A DNA stretch of 64,000 bases, from IMG/VR virus record IMGVR_UViG_2974613666_000001, positions 64,001 to 128,000 of that record; one strand, 5' to 3'. The position numbers were made by a program, and so were the translations under genes. Positions 36,978-47,700 of this stretch are shown one piece after another (position 1 is the stretch's first letter; every line of letters begins with the position of its first letter). Source of the DNA: a virus. Lineage: Duplodnaviria > Caudoviricetes. A model generated the notes under the pieces. That model saw only the letters and a program-made list of their open reading frames with translations. It did no database searches and was not told the origin of the DNA.

Positions 36978-38420
36978 TTAAAAAATATTTAGTTGTTTCA
37001 TTGCCCGACTCGCGCCTACAAATACTGTGCGATTTCTGCGATCAGGGTCACGTCTATCGAATCTAATATCATGCCAGTAGTTGACGTACATCACTTTGTA
37101 AGATTTACCCTGAGCGTTATATCCTGTGACAGCATAACTTGGTCTGATTGGGTCAACTAAGGACATAAAGGCTTCTTTATGGTTGTAGACTTTCCACCAG
37201 TTGAACGACTTGTAGCCAAATTCTTTAGCAGCAACGGTAATACTGTTTCCCAAATTATTTAACTTAGCTTCAAACCTTTCACGATCATATTGATCCAATA
37301 TGGTGACGTTGTGGTGAACAGGCTTGTTAAATATATCATCGTCTGGATCATATACAACAGCGTCCCAGATAATCCACTCATCTCCATCATTATCAGCTAT
37401 TTTACGTGGGTTAGCTTGCTCAATTACTAGCTGCGTTGCTGTCTGGTAAAGAGTAGTTTCTAAACCTTTGGCGGAACGTTTAACTACTCCAGTAGTAATA
37501 AATAATTCACCAGGAGTAGCAGAACGCTGATCGCCATAAGGGACGATCGCTTGGCGGACTGCAAAGTTTACTCTATCTACTATTTTGTTTCTCCAACATA
37601 CGCATCTGGTGTAATCCCAAGATTGTGCTGCTAACATCAGTTTTACCTGACGAGCGAAAGACATCACGCCTAAGTTTTCATTACCGTGAACAAAATAACC
37701 CGCACCCTTATCACCATCTGGGAAAGAGTTGGGAAATGCTGACATTATATTGAAGTTAAAGTTTTTATGCTCAACCGCTTGTTGTGCTGCTGTGATTACC
37801 TTATATATGTTGCTTCCTTCAGCGTAGCGCTCAGTTTTGGTTAATTGGTAGAAGTTGTTACCTACCATTTCTTGAGCGTAAATTGAGTTCTCGTTGGGCG
37901 GGAACAACTGGTAGATGTCCATCATCACCAGCACTTTGGCTCGATAGCTGAGATTATCGTTAATCTTTTGCATATCATATTTGCTGGACATAGATAACTC
38001 ATCCCCAAGTAGCAGTTCTACTTTCTCTAGTGGGTTGTACCTATCGCAGAAAGGGTCATTTATTGATGGTTCATCCTCAATCACAAAATCTTGACCACCA
38101 CTCTCTGTAATCACCCTCTTTTTACGAAGTGCAGATGCGATCGTGATTACGTCAGGTCTTATAGTCCCACCCTTGAAAGATTTGTTAAGGGTTTTACAGG
38201 CTGAGTTGGTTGGTGTAATTGCCAAAAACCTATCCTTATCCATGCGACTGGCAAGGGCTTCGAGTATGTATCTTGCTGTAACTGTTTTACCTGTTCCGGC
38301 TGTACCATATAACCCAATGTACTTATTTGGGCTGTTAAGAACCTGGTCAACAACAAACTCTAAAGCTTGTTGCTGCTGCCAGTTCAGCTTTATATCTGGT
38401 TTCACTTGGGTTGACTGCAT
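36978..38420 (-). CDS. Dda/RecD-like SF1B DNA helicase
   Basis: LNWQQQQA, GTAGTGKT, TPTNSA, DELSM, DIYQLFP, LTKTERY, YAVTGYNAQGKSY, FVGASRA. Confidence 0.9.
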   Translation of the reverse strand: MQSTQVKPDIKLNWQQQQALEFVVDQVLNSPNKYIGLYGTAGTGKTVTARYILEALASRMDKDRFLAITPTNSACKTLNKSFKGGTIRPDVITIASALRKKRVITESGGQDFVIEDEPSINDPFCDRYNPLEKVELLLGDELSMSSKYDMQKINDNLSYRAKVLVMMDIYQLFPPNENSIYAQEMVGNNFYQLTKTERYAEGSNIYKVITAAQQAVEHKNFNFNIMSAFPNSFPDGDKGAGYFVHGNENLGVMSFARQVKLMLAAQSWDYTRCVCWRNKIVDRVNFAVRQAIVPYGDQRSATPGELFITTGVVKRSAKGLETTLYQTATQLVIEQANPRKIADNDGDEWIIWDAVVYDPDDDIFNKPVHHNVTILDQYDRERFEAKLNNLGNSITVAAKEFGYKSFNWWKVYNHKEAFMSLVDPIRPSYAVTGYNAQGKSYKVMYVNYWHDIRFDRRDPDRRNRTVFVGASRAMKQLNIF

Positions 38421-38521
38421 CTCAATTATTTTATTGCCTTGGTGAAATATTTTACTTGACTTAAAATATCATAGCGCTTATGCTATATTATAGTCAAGAT
38501 AAACAAACGCAACACAAGTAT

Positions 38522-41302
38522 ATGAATAGTTTTCAGGATTTACTAGCTCAACGTAAGGCACAAGTTAAGGCTATGGAAGCGATCGCTCCTAGCATGGAAG
38601 TAATACAGAATGAGATGCTATCGATTGAGGACGTTATTGACCCGATTATTTTGAAGGATGTTAAGGATTGTCTGATTGAAGATATCCGGTTCTTAGGGTC
38701 GCAGTCAGGTAAAGGTCAAGCCGTCGAGACTTTAATAAGTAATGAGATATTGCCTACAGCTTTTAGTTATGGCTTGGATGTTCCTACAGAGGGCGGTGCT
38801 GATGTTGAAGAAGAAGATAACTTACCTACACACACGCAGTACGAACCTGATGGCAATATACCCCACATCTATAATGATGGTAAGTATGAACTTACTGATA
38901 AGGATAATAACTTACTAGCTGTTGGTGACGCAACAAACTTCCCCGAAGTACCTACAGAACAGGAAGTAACTCTAGAAACTACGGAAATCACACCTGAAAC
39001 AGTCGTAGGCACTAACCCGCAAATAGATGCGGCAAACAACACACGCAATGCTGGCTTATTAGATGTCGTCACTACTGGTTTAGTACCTACAAATAGACCT
39101 CGGACTGTCTTTGATACACAACCAAAAGATATAACAATTGGTTGTCATGTGTATGATAAAAATACTTACGAAACAGGGATAGTAGTTGAATGCCCACACG
39201 AGGATGCTAAAGACGAAACAGATAAAAATGGACATTACCTAGTTAACACTGGTCAGCCTTACGTTTGGGTTTCTTTAGATGGGACTGACAATATCGTGGC
39301 TGTGTTTGTGAATGCTTTACAACTGCTAGTAGACCAGACCATAGTTGAAGCTAGTACAGTGCAAGTTGAAAGCAGTAACACACCAACTATTACAAGCACA
39401 AACCTAACAACTGAGGAAGATAAACCAACCAAGCGCAATAAGCGCCGTACTCAAAAGCAGTTTGATTGCCTTGTAAACAAGTTGTCCGAGGAGTTGCCTA
39501 GAGTTCAAACTATCTGGGAATTTGAAGAATTAAAGACTCAAATCGAAGAGTTTACAGGGGATGGTAAGTACACGTTACCTGATGATTTACTAGAAGATTT
39601 CAACAAGGAAGTTGAATACTGGTCTAATAAGGCTGATCAAAACATAGAAGATACTGAAGAGGTGCAGATAGAAATCTCACCAAGTATTGCAGCAGAACCT
39701 GAGCAGGAAATCACAGAAGCCCTTCAAAATACACAGGTGGATGAGTCCCAACCTGAACTTAATGTTGAACAAGCATTCATCAGTAGATTAACCAGCAACT
39801 TGTCTGAAACAGGTAGTGGTGATTTGTGGGAGGAAATACGCCAACATTATGGTAGTGTATCCGCAATTCCTGAGATGATAGCTGAGGCTTTCTCCAAGTT
39901 CTATGATGAACTACAAGCCCGATTAAGCGATGATGATGACGGGGAGGAGTTAGAAATCTATGAGGGTTATATCCCTGAAGAAGAGGAACTAGCAACTGAA
40001 GAACCTCAAGCACCTGAAGTAGCAGCCACTGTAGAACAAACTTCAGAGAGAACGGTTGAAGATAAGAACCTGGAATGGCAAGAGGCGATCGCGTCAGCAA
40101 AGGAAACAGATTTAGCAGCGTGGGATGTATGGGTTACAAATCAGTTAAATGACCGTAACCCCGAAATACTACCAGCAACTTACCAAGCACTACAATCAGC
40201 TAAAGCTAAGTTTACACCTGTTATAGAGAAGCCGGAATCAGTAGCGGTTACTGCACCAGCCACCAAATATTCGGCTGATGAAGCGGCAAACTTAAACAAA
40301 ATTTGGTTAGAATCTGCTGAAAAAGTAGCGAGCAGTGAAAGCTATACTAAAGAAGACGTGGACTACATCTGGGCAGCAATCAGAGTTTCCGATATTGATC
40401 GCACATTGCTTTCCATGCAGTTAATCAATAAGCTGACTTTCTTGCAGAATAACGTACCAGCACCTAAAGCTGTTGAAACCGTAGCACCGGTAAAAGAGGC
40501 TCAAGCGGCTGTGGTTGAACAAGTAGAAGTTACACCTCAACCAGTGGCAACCGTAGCTGAAACACCTGTACAGGAAACTCAGCCAGAACCAACTAAACCT
40601 GCATTTAGCTTATTTGGTGGTATCAAAATTCAGAAGTCTATAGCTGAAGTTGCCAGTGATGAAACCAGTAATGAACCTGAACAAGTAACTGAGGAAGTAG
40701 CGAGAGAATCAATAACGCCTAATTTCGTGGCAACAGTAAACCCACAACCGCAGCAACAGCCAACTGCTACAAATGAGACAGCTAAAACAGCAGTTAACTT
40801 CAATATGGCTAACTTTGGTGGAGGTGGGATAAAGCGATCGTCTGCAACTGTAGCTACTGAGTTATCAGAAACCGAAGGGAATACAGCACCTGTTTTTGAA
40901 GGGATTCGAGTGACCCAAAATGTGAAATTCCAAGCGTACCCAGCAGGAAGCGGTACTGAGCCGATAGCGCGTGACAGTAGGGAATATATTATCCCAGTCG
41001 GTACTCTTGGTCTGCACCCTAAGACAGATAGCCTCTTTGTAGTTGTTACCTGGGAGGAAGCATTAGACAACAATGCAGCTATCAAGGAAACACTAGATAT
41101 AGAGTCAACAAAAGATAACTTCACAGTTATACCTGTGAAGTTTACAGAACCAACACCACAATGCTACCTACCTTTACCTCCTGAAGAATGCTGCGTGATA
41201 GATGCTGCTGAGTTTGAAAGGATTAGAAGCATTCAACAGAAATGGATAGATGCCCTATCAAATGGTAAAGCCCCATTCGATGACGACGACGTTCCCTTCT
41301 AA
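38522..41302 (+). CDS. Large acidic low-complexity protein ending in an SSB-type tail (FDDDDVPF)
   Basis: ORF of ~926-940 aa, very rich in Glu/Thr/Pro; start chosen at MNSFQ. Confidence 0.75.
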   Translation: MNSFQDLLAQRKAQVKAMEAIAPSMEVIQNEMLSIEDVIDPIILKDVKDCLIEDIRFLGSQSGKGQAVETLISNEILPTAFSYGLDVPTEGGADVEEEDNLPTHTQYEPDGNIPHIYNDGKYELTDKDNNLLAVGDATNFPEVPTEQEVTLETTEITPETVVGTNPQIDAANNTRNAGLLDVVTTGLVPTNRPRTVFDTQPKDITIGCHVYDKNTYETGIVVECPHEDAKDETDKNGHYLVNTGQPYVWVSLDGTDNIVAVFVNALQLLVDQTIVEASTVQVESSNTPTITSTNLTTEEDKPTKRNKRRTQKQFDCLVNKLSEELPRVQTIWEFEELKTQIEEFTGDGKYTLPDDLLEDFNKEVEYWSNKADQNIEDTEEVQIEISPSIAAEPEQEITEALQNTQVDESQPELNVEQAFISRLTSNLSETGSGDLWEEIRQHYGSVSAIPEMIAEAFSKFYDELQARLSDDDDGEELEIYEGYIPEEEELATEEPQAPEVAATVEQTSERTVEDKNLEWQEAIASAKETDLAAWDVWVTNQLNDRNPEILPATYQALQSAKAKFTPVIEKPESVAVTAPATKYSADEAANLNKIWLESAEKVASSESYTKEDVDYIWAAIRVSDIDRTLLSMQLINKLTFLQNNVPAPKAVETVAPVKEAQAAVVEQVEVTPQPVATVAETPVQETQPEPTKPAFSLFGGIKIQKSIAEVASDETSNEPEQVTEEVARESITPNFVATVNPQPQQQPTATNETAKTAVNFNMANFGGGGIKRSSATVATELSETEGNTAPVFEGIRVTQNVKFQAYPAGSGTEPIARDSREYIIPVGTLGLHPKTDSLFVVVTWEEALDNNAAIKETLDIESTKDNFTVIPVKFTEPTPQCYLPLPPEECCVIDAAEFERIRSIQQKWIDALSNGKAPFDDDDVPF

Positions 41303-41361
41303 ATAACTTGGGGAGTGTAAAACTCCCCCTGTACTTTGCACACTTAACCCACATAAGAACA

Positions 41362-41538
41362 ATGTCAGATAAACAACTTGAAGACCATAGCCTGAGTGTT
41401 GCTTTTTTTAAATTACGAGTGGCGGAAATGCCAGATAATGAAGTGCGAGAAAGTCTAATTAATTTGTACCGGGAAATGTTGATCAAAGAAAATCAGCACA
41501 AGATAAATTTAGCTAAAGCTTGGGGAATTGGAAGTTAA
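41362..41538 (+). CDS. nblA: NblA-family phycobilisome degradation protein
   Basis: LEDHSLSVAFFKLRVAEMPDNEVRESLINLYREMLIKENQHKINLAKAWGI matches the NblA pattern (F..QV..MS..QA...L..LY.QM...E..Y..LL...WG). Confidence 0.8.
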   Translation: MSDKQLEDHSLSVAFFKLRVAEMPDNEVRESLINLYREMLIKENQHKINLAKAWGIGS

Positions 41539-41602
41539 AAGCAAAAGCGCTCTAATTACTAAACTAGAGCGCTTCTTAAACTATTAAATTCAATCCAAAA
41601 AC

Positions 41603-41791
41603 CTATTTACCTGCATGACGACGGACGATCGCTTGCACAGTATTCTGAGCTATGCGTGGTAATCCTTGCGTTAAAATTGATAATTCATAATATTCTTGAT
41701 TTTCAATTGCTTCCCCAATATATCTGGCGTTATCAAAACCGCCGAATAGTCCAACGTGTTGCATACATTCTTGAACTGGTGATAATCTCAT
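41603..41791 (-). CDS. Hypothetical protein
   Basis: 62-aa ORF with an AAGGT RBS. Confidence 0.5.
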   Translation of the reverse strand: MRLSPVQECMQHVGLFGGFDNARYIGEAIENQEYYELSILTQGLPRIAQNTVQAIVRRHAGK

Positions 41792-41904
41792 CTGTTTTAC
41801 CTTTAATGTGCTGCCTGTTCTTTTATATTACCAAGGCAGTTTTGTTTGTCAACACTTAAATTGATTTGACACTCCCCTGCCTAAAGGCGAGGGGATTCTG
41901 TAAT

Positions 41905-43089
41905 CTACCTCGTCACTTGCTCTAATAGGCTTTCGCCTAAAAGAGTAGCGGCCACGAGTCCTACAGCGTTACTTTGGGAATGCCCTTCCCTAGCTTGTCT
42001 TGCAAGATTCAAAATGTTAATTGCTGCATTTTCATCCCTATGCAAACTACATCCACAATTACAAACATGGGTGCGCGTTGATAGGGATTTTTTAACGATA
42101 GCATCACAGTTTGAACATTTTTGTGATGTGTAATGTGGTGCTACAGCAATGGCTAATTTACCAAATTTACCAGCAAAATACTCAATCCATTGCCGAAACA
42201 AATACCAGCTAGCGTCAGCAATTGACTTAGCTAAACAATGATTTTTGAGTAAATTACGCACTCGTAAGTCTTCATAGGCTACTAAGTCGTTAGACTTGCA
42301 CACGTTACGCGCTATTCTCTTAGCGTGTTCATTCCGTTGCCTACTTATTCTCAAATGCTTTCTGGCAAATATAGCTCTAGCTTTTTTACGTCCTGACGAA
42401 CCTTTTTTCTTTTTGTAAATGCGTCTTTGAGCGTGTTTGATTTTTGACTCAGCCTTTCTCAAAAACTTGGGATTAGCCTCTTGATGTCCGTTTGAGTCTG
42501 TGTAAAAGCTCTGAATTCCAACGTCTAAACCAATTTCATTACCTGCCAATGGTTGAATGTCTAAAACCTCAACATCAATACAAAATTGACAGTAATAGCC
42601 ATCAGCACGGCGTACCAATCTAACACGCTTAATTGATTTAACCGGGTAAGTTTCAATATCCCACTTACCCAGCAATTTCAACTCACCAATACCTTTTTTG
42701 TCAGTAATGGTAATACGGCGTTGAGTTTGGTTTAGCTTCCAACCTGATGTTTTATACTCAACCGAGCGATTATCATGCTGAAATCTTGGATACCCTTTTT
42801 TACCTGATACTTTCTTTTTACAATTTTCGTAAAACCTTGATATTGCTAACCATGCTCTTTCGGCTGATGATTGCACTGCCATTGAATTTAAGTTAGCCAC
42901 AAATTTAAATTCGTTGCGTAGTTCCGTTGAATACTTATTGAGCGCAAATCTATCAATTTTCAACTCTCTTGGTGCATCCATCCAATACCTCAAACACTTA
43001 TTTCTAATGAATTGAGTTGTTTTGATGGCTTCCTCAATAGCTAAGTATTGTAGTTTTTTGGCTTTGACTTTATACTCTAGAACTAGCAA
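41905..43089 (-). CDS. tnpB: RNA-guided endonuclease TnpB
   Basis: GLDVGI, AYEDL, TSQKCSNC..HVCNCG, HRDENAAINI. Confidence 0.95.
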   Translation of the reverse strand: MLVLEYKVKAKKLQYLAIEEAIKTTQFIRNKCLRYWMDAPRELKIDRFALNKYSTELRNEFKFVANLNSMAVQSSAERAWLAISRFYENCKKKVSGKKGYPRFQHDNRSVEYKTSGWKLNQTQRRITITDKKGIGELKLLGKWDIETYPVKSIKRVRLVRRADGYYCQFCIDVEVLDIQPLAGNEIGLDVGIQSFYTDSNGHQEANPKFLRKAESKIKHAQRRIYKKKKGSSGRKKARAIFARKHLRISRQRNEHAKRIARNVCKSNDLVAYEDLRVRNLLKNHCLAKSIADASWYLFRQWIEYFAGKFGKLAIAVAPHYTSQKCSNCDAIVKKSLSTRTHVCNCGCSLHRDENAAINILNLARQAREGHSQSNAVGLVAATLLGESLLEQVTR

Positions 43090-43132
43090 CTTGACTCACC
43101 CCCTTGCTTTGCTTATATTATATTTAGTATAA

Positions 43133-43339
43133 GTGAATGTTCTGATTATGTCAACAGGAAAAGGTAAGAAAAGGGTAAAAAATACACCTGTTTTATACAA
43201 TGAAATAAAGAAGAAAAGAGGCGTTATGCTCACAGATACCGCTTGGTATTCTGTGCAAGAATTAGCCGCAAAAAATGACGTAAGCGCTAGTGAATATTTA
43301 GAGGCGATGATTAGAAAATATTGCACCACAGAGGCGTAA
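43133..43339 (+). CDS. Small RHH regulator divergent from tnpB, inside the IS
   Basis: YNEIKKKRGVMLTDTAWYSVQELAAKNDVSASEYLEAMIR. Confidence 0.7.
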   Translation: MNVLIMSTGKGKKRVKNTPVLYNEIKKKRGVMLTDTAWYSVQELAAKNDVSASEYLEAMIRKYCTTEA

Positions 43340-44077
43340 ACGCCTCCAGGCAGCTTTCATCCCTTGCCTAAAGTACGGAATACGGTGCTACGCACCTGTT
43401 CCTCAAGGGTTTTCAGCCTGCCTTCCTTATAAATAGGAAAAGACCAATGTACTGCAAAATTCAAAATGAACCTTTATCAGAAATAATACCTTATTGGCAA
43501 GTAACCCCGAGGCACAGCGAGCGCGGGAAAGAAGGTAGTACGTGGGACATCTCACGGTAATCGATTAAGAGCTAGACCGAATCAGATTGGTGTGGAGTAT
43601 GAGTCTTTTACAGAGCGGTAAATTAGTAACGACCAAATAGTATATTTAGAAATAGTATAAGCACATTTATAATAATTTGGGCTTAAGTAGCTTTATTAAT
43701 CAGGTTTACTTATACCTATAAAACACACGAAACAGGTGAAATATTGATGAATACCCCAACCTTACAGCTTGTTAATCAGTGCATCGGTTAAGCAGTATAC
43801 TGAAAAAGTTTGATTAATCGGCTAAGGCAATCTCAGAAAAATAGGGTTAGAGTAGAAATATGTCACCAGTCGTAGGTGATACGTTTCACAATCTTTTAGT
43901 AAATCCTGGGTGTTGCTATGTCTATTTATACTTATATCAAGCCGTTCTATACTGAACTTTCCATAAATATGCAAAAAAATATCACCTGTTTGTCTGCTAC
44001 CGTAGCCACTACAACAAAACAGGTGATATACTAAAGGAAGTAATAATTTAAATATGAGTCTATGAGTCGAGTATATC

Positions 44078-44779
44078 ATGTTTATTGACGATATCGCAAC
44101 AATAGTCGAATTAATCTATCAGGAACCAGTACAACAACTGATAGACACCTCCATAAACTTCTTCCGCGTCTCTGAGATAGGTTGGGATAAGAAAACCCAT
44201 AAAGAGAAAGAAGTTCATAGAAATATTTACATAGTAGGTAAGTTTGCAAACCCAAACCTACAAACCAAATTTACAGATATTGCCAATGGTGGTAAATCTT
44301 CGCCTAAAACTGGCAAGTTCAAGAACCTGCTTACATCTTGGGAGGAAGTTCAAGATTGGTTATACGAACAGCGAGAAGTTGGTGGTATACCGTTTGCAAT
44401 CTTCAATGGACATAACCAAGGAACAAGGGCTGAAGATATAACTCACGGACGACTATTTCACGTTGAGAATGATGATGGGGCAGATATTGAGACTAAAAAG
44501 GATGAGTGGAAAGTTTTTGGACTACCTGCCCCATCATTACAAATAAGTACAGGTAATAAGTCAGTTCACCACTACTACATTTTCAACACGGATTACAAAG
44601 GCATAACGATGGAACGGATATATGAGATAAAAGCTCAGATAGTTCGTAGGTGTGGTTTTGATGGTTATGCAGATGGACACGTAGAAGGTTTTAAAAAGTT
44701 CAAAGTCCAGTCATATAGACTTCCTGGGTTTGCTCACAGAAAATCAGATAAAGCGGGGGAATTGATTCATGTTGTATAA
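44078..44779 (+). CDS. RepB-type (AEP-superfamily) DNA primase domain
   Basis: FHVENDD, LPAPSLQISTGNKSVHHYY, YRLPGFAHRK. Confidence 0.8.
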   Translation: MFIDDIATIVELIYQEPVQQLIDTSINFFRVSEIGWDKKTHKEKEVHRNIYIVGKFANPNLQTKFTDIANGGKSSPKTGKFKNLLTSWEEVQDWLYEQREVGGIPFAIFNGHNQGTRAEDITHGRLFHVENDDGADIETKKDEWKVFGLPAPSLQISTGNKSVHHYYIFNTDYKGITMERIYEIKAQIVRRCGFDGYADGHVEGFKKFKVQSYRLPGFAHRKSDKAGELIHVV

Positions 44780-47700
44780 TATCTCGGACTTTTCCCAACA
44801 GCTTTTTAATAACCCTGAAGTGACTCCCCTCGGATCTTACAAGAGTTCAATTAATGAATCAAAGCAAGCTAACTATAATCCAGGCTTTGTTCCCGGTAAG
44901 GACTTAATATTTGATGCCCCAAACGTTCAACCACGGGAACTACTTGGTACAGCAGAATGGTTAGAGCGCTTCTACCCTTATGAATCATTAGAGGCTCTGC
45001 AAGCTAAGTCAAAAGCAAAAGTTGAGAGAACAGCAGCAGAAGCTCTAGAACGTAAACTAGAACGGGAACGCCGCACTAAGGAACTTTCAGCCCAGCAGCT
45101 AGAAAGAAAGAAGCAAATCCTAGACAGCACTGAGCTATCAGTTAAAAATCTAGTTTACAAATCAACCCTAGCTGAAATAGAAAATGGTACTCCTGACGGT
45201 GGGGGACGATCGCACTTAAGAGCATTTGCAATAGCAGCTAACGTAGTTGAAGCAGAGAAGTGTGCTGCTGCTGCGGGTATTGCACTCGTTGACACTGCTG
45301 AACAAGTATTTGAGGAATGGATTAACAATACTTTCACGGCTACAGAAAAAGACAAAATTGATAAAGTTTGGGGCTTTTTCCGTGATAGACAAGAAGACAC
45401 AACATTTAAACCAAAACAAACAGAATACTTAGAAGATTTACTCGCTAGACGTGCGGATAAACAACTAGGTGCTGATGTAGTTGAGCATTTATTACACGGT
45501 CGCAACTTTGAGCATTTATTAGAAGCTTCTAGTCGTGGTCTGGTTCTCCCGGTTAACAAAGAAATTGACATCAGTAAGTTACCCGTTCTTTTTGATACCA
45601 ATAAGCAGGGGTGGGGTAATGTAGTTAGCTACACGACTGAAACGAGTCTAATATATGTCACAAGTTCCCCTACTTACGCTCAAAAGCTTTTAAAGAGGGG
45701 TACGATATATGGTGTTGTTTTATTTGATGATAGCACCCCCAGTGTATTAGTACACCAGTTCCTTGAGTCAGTACACTTAAATAAAATTCAACTCGTAGTT
45801 GATATGGAAGCTCCCAACTGCGATCGCTTGTTGGCTGCTAAATTACGTTCTGGACATTACAGTGAGTTGTGTGAAAACGCACGTAATAAGAAAGAGGGTA
45901 GTAAAAAGTTAAACATCTACAAACCTGAAGTAGTTGTAGTTGATCGGGAGATGATTGTCTGGGGCGCACAATATTACTGGCAACGTCAAACAGCAGCAGT
46001 TACAGCCGAGTTGGTTGGTAGCCGTAAAGATAAAGACGCTGTTATCTACGGTTTTACTGGTAACGAAAGGTATTTCTCAGATATAGTCGCTAAATGTGAA
46101 ACAACAGCTAAGAACCGTAAGCTGCTTGGATTCGTATCTGAAATGGGTACAGGTAAAACCGAAGTATTAGCCCGTGTAACAAGCAACTGGGATTCCAGAT
46201 TGACACTGGCGATCGCTCACCGTGAGTTACTTACCAAGCAAGCCGCACATCGTTTAGGTCTGGTTTACTACAAGGATAAAGACCAGAACGCCAAAGATAA
46301 ATATCAAAGCGCACTAGTAAGAGGGCTGGCAATTACAGCTAACACCTTAGTACAAGGCGGACGTGACCAAGCTGGTTACTTACCAGATTTCAAGATTGAT
46401 GATTGGGCTAAGGCACGCGTAGTAATTGATGAAGCTGAATCCTTCATGAAATATCTTATGGAGTCGGGGACTTTAGTTGAAAACCGTCAAGGTGCGATCG
46501 AGTATTTCATCAAACTAATCAAGACTGTAATTGCTGGTGGTGGTCAAGTGATTTTATCTGATGCCAACCTCAGAACATCAACAATCCAGTTCTTTGAAAA
46601 GATTGCTTGTGAAGCTTTAGGGCGTGATTGGGATAGTGAAACAAAGTCGGCTGATTTTAACTGCTACATAATCCATAACAGTTACAAAAAATTTACCCAA
46701 CGTAAGCTGACGGTTATTGACTCTCCTGAAGCAGCAGTTTCTGAAATGATGCGACGTGTTGAGGCTTCTGAGAAAATCCTGTACTTCACAGACGTTAAAG
46801 CACCCTCCAAAAAGAATTACTTCAGCACCCAATCATTAGGGATGTTTTGCCGAGAAGTTCAAAAGTTAGGACACCTAATTGACGCTGACACTAGAGGGTT
46901 TACAGATGATGTTGATCATAAAATCCTAGAATCTCTACACACCCTAATTAAACACTCACCTAAAATTATCATTGCCGTGTCACCTGTAATCGACTCAGGA
47001 ACAGACTGGAATAACTTAGGTATGAACAGCGTCTGGGCATCTTACACGGGCATCATGGGACTGGACAGCACACTACAGCAGCTAGAACGTGTACGCGACG
47101 ATATCCCACGTTTCCTGAGTGCTGCTAAACGCACAGGAATGGGAATGTCCCACGGCGATATCACAAACCTTCAAGCTAAGTTAGACGCGATCGCCGAGGG
47201 TTACTCTAAAGTTATTCCTAAACTGGTTGATACTTGGGCTGAGTACAGCACCCTGAATAAACAAGAATGTGATGAGCGTTTGGCTGAGTTGTTCCCCAAA
47301 CTGAATCAACACATCCTTGATTGGTGGCAAGAGTCATTACTTGAAAGCTACTATGCCGGGCAAGAGTTCCGCATCAACTTGGTGGCCAGACTACAGGAGA
47401 AAGGCTACTCGGTTGAGTATAAAACCTACAAAGTTGATCAAGAGGTAATTGACAACCTCAAAGATTATGGTGACAAACAACGAGAACTCAAATATAAGGA
47501 AGTTGCCGAGGCTGATCTAAGCTTGCTAGATAATCTTGAGCCAAACCAAGACACCATGCTAAAAACCCAAGCAAGAGCTAAGGATCTAAAATCCTGCTTA
47601 TATGCTATGGGTATTGATGCTGAACAATGGAAATCACAATTTGATGGTGAGGGAAGAATTGAACTGGTAAGGCGATCGCTTGGTAGAAAGTCTAAGTTCC

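Larger units (their letters stand above)
41866..43428 (-). mobile_element. IS200/IS605-family (IS1341-type, tnpB only) element
   Basis: Right-end hairpin ending GAGTGTCAA (41866), left-end hairpin region ~43340-43428 preceded by TTTAT, tnpB present and tnpA absent. Confidence 0.85.

Noticed and set aside
43941-43960. Third IS607 end (GCCGTTCTATA matches the right end)
   Set aside because: Only an 11-bp match without the upstream subterminal repeats; may be chance.
43434-44070. Second ncRNA or gene upstream of the primase (including ORF 43822-44079)
   Set aside because: Only short broken ORFs, with no convincing set of stems or promoter/terminator pair; looks like degraded sequence plus promoter.
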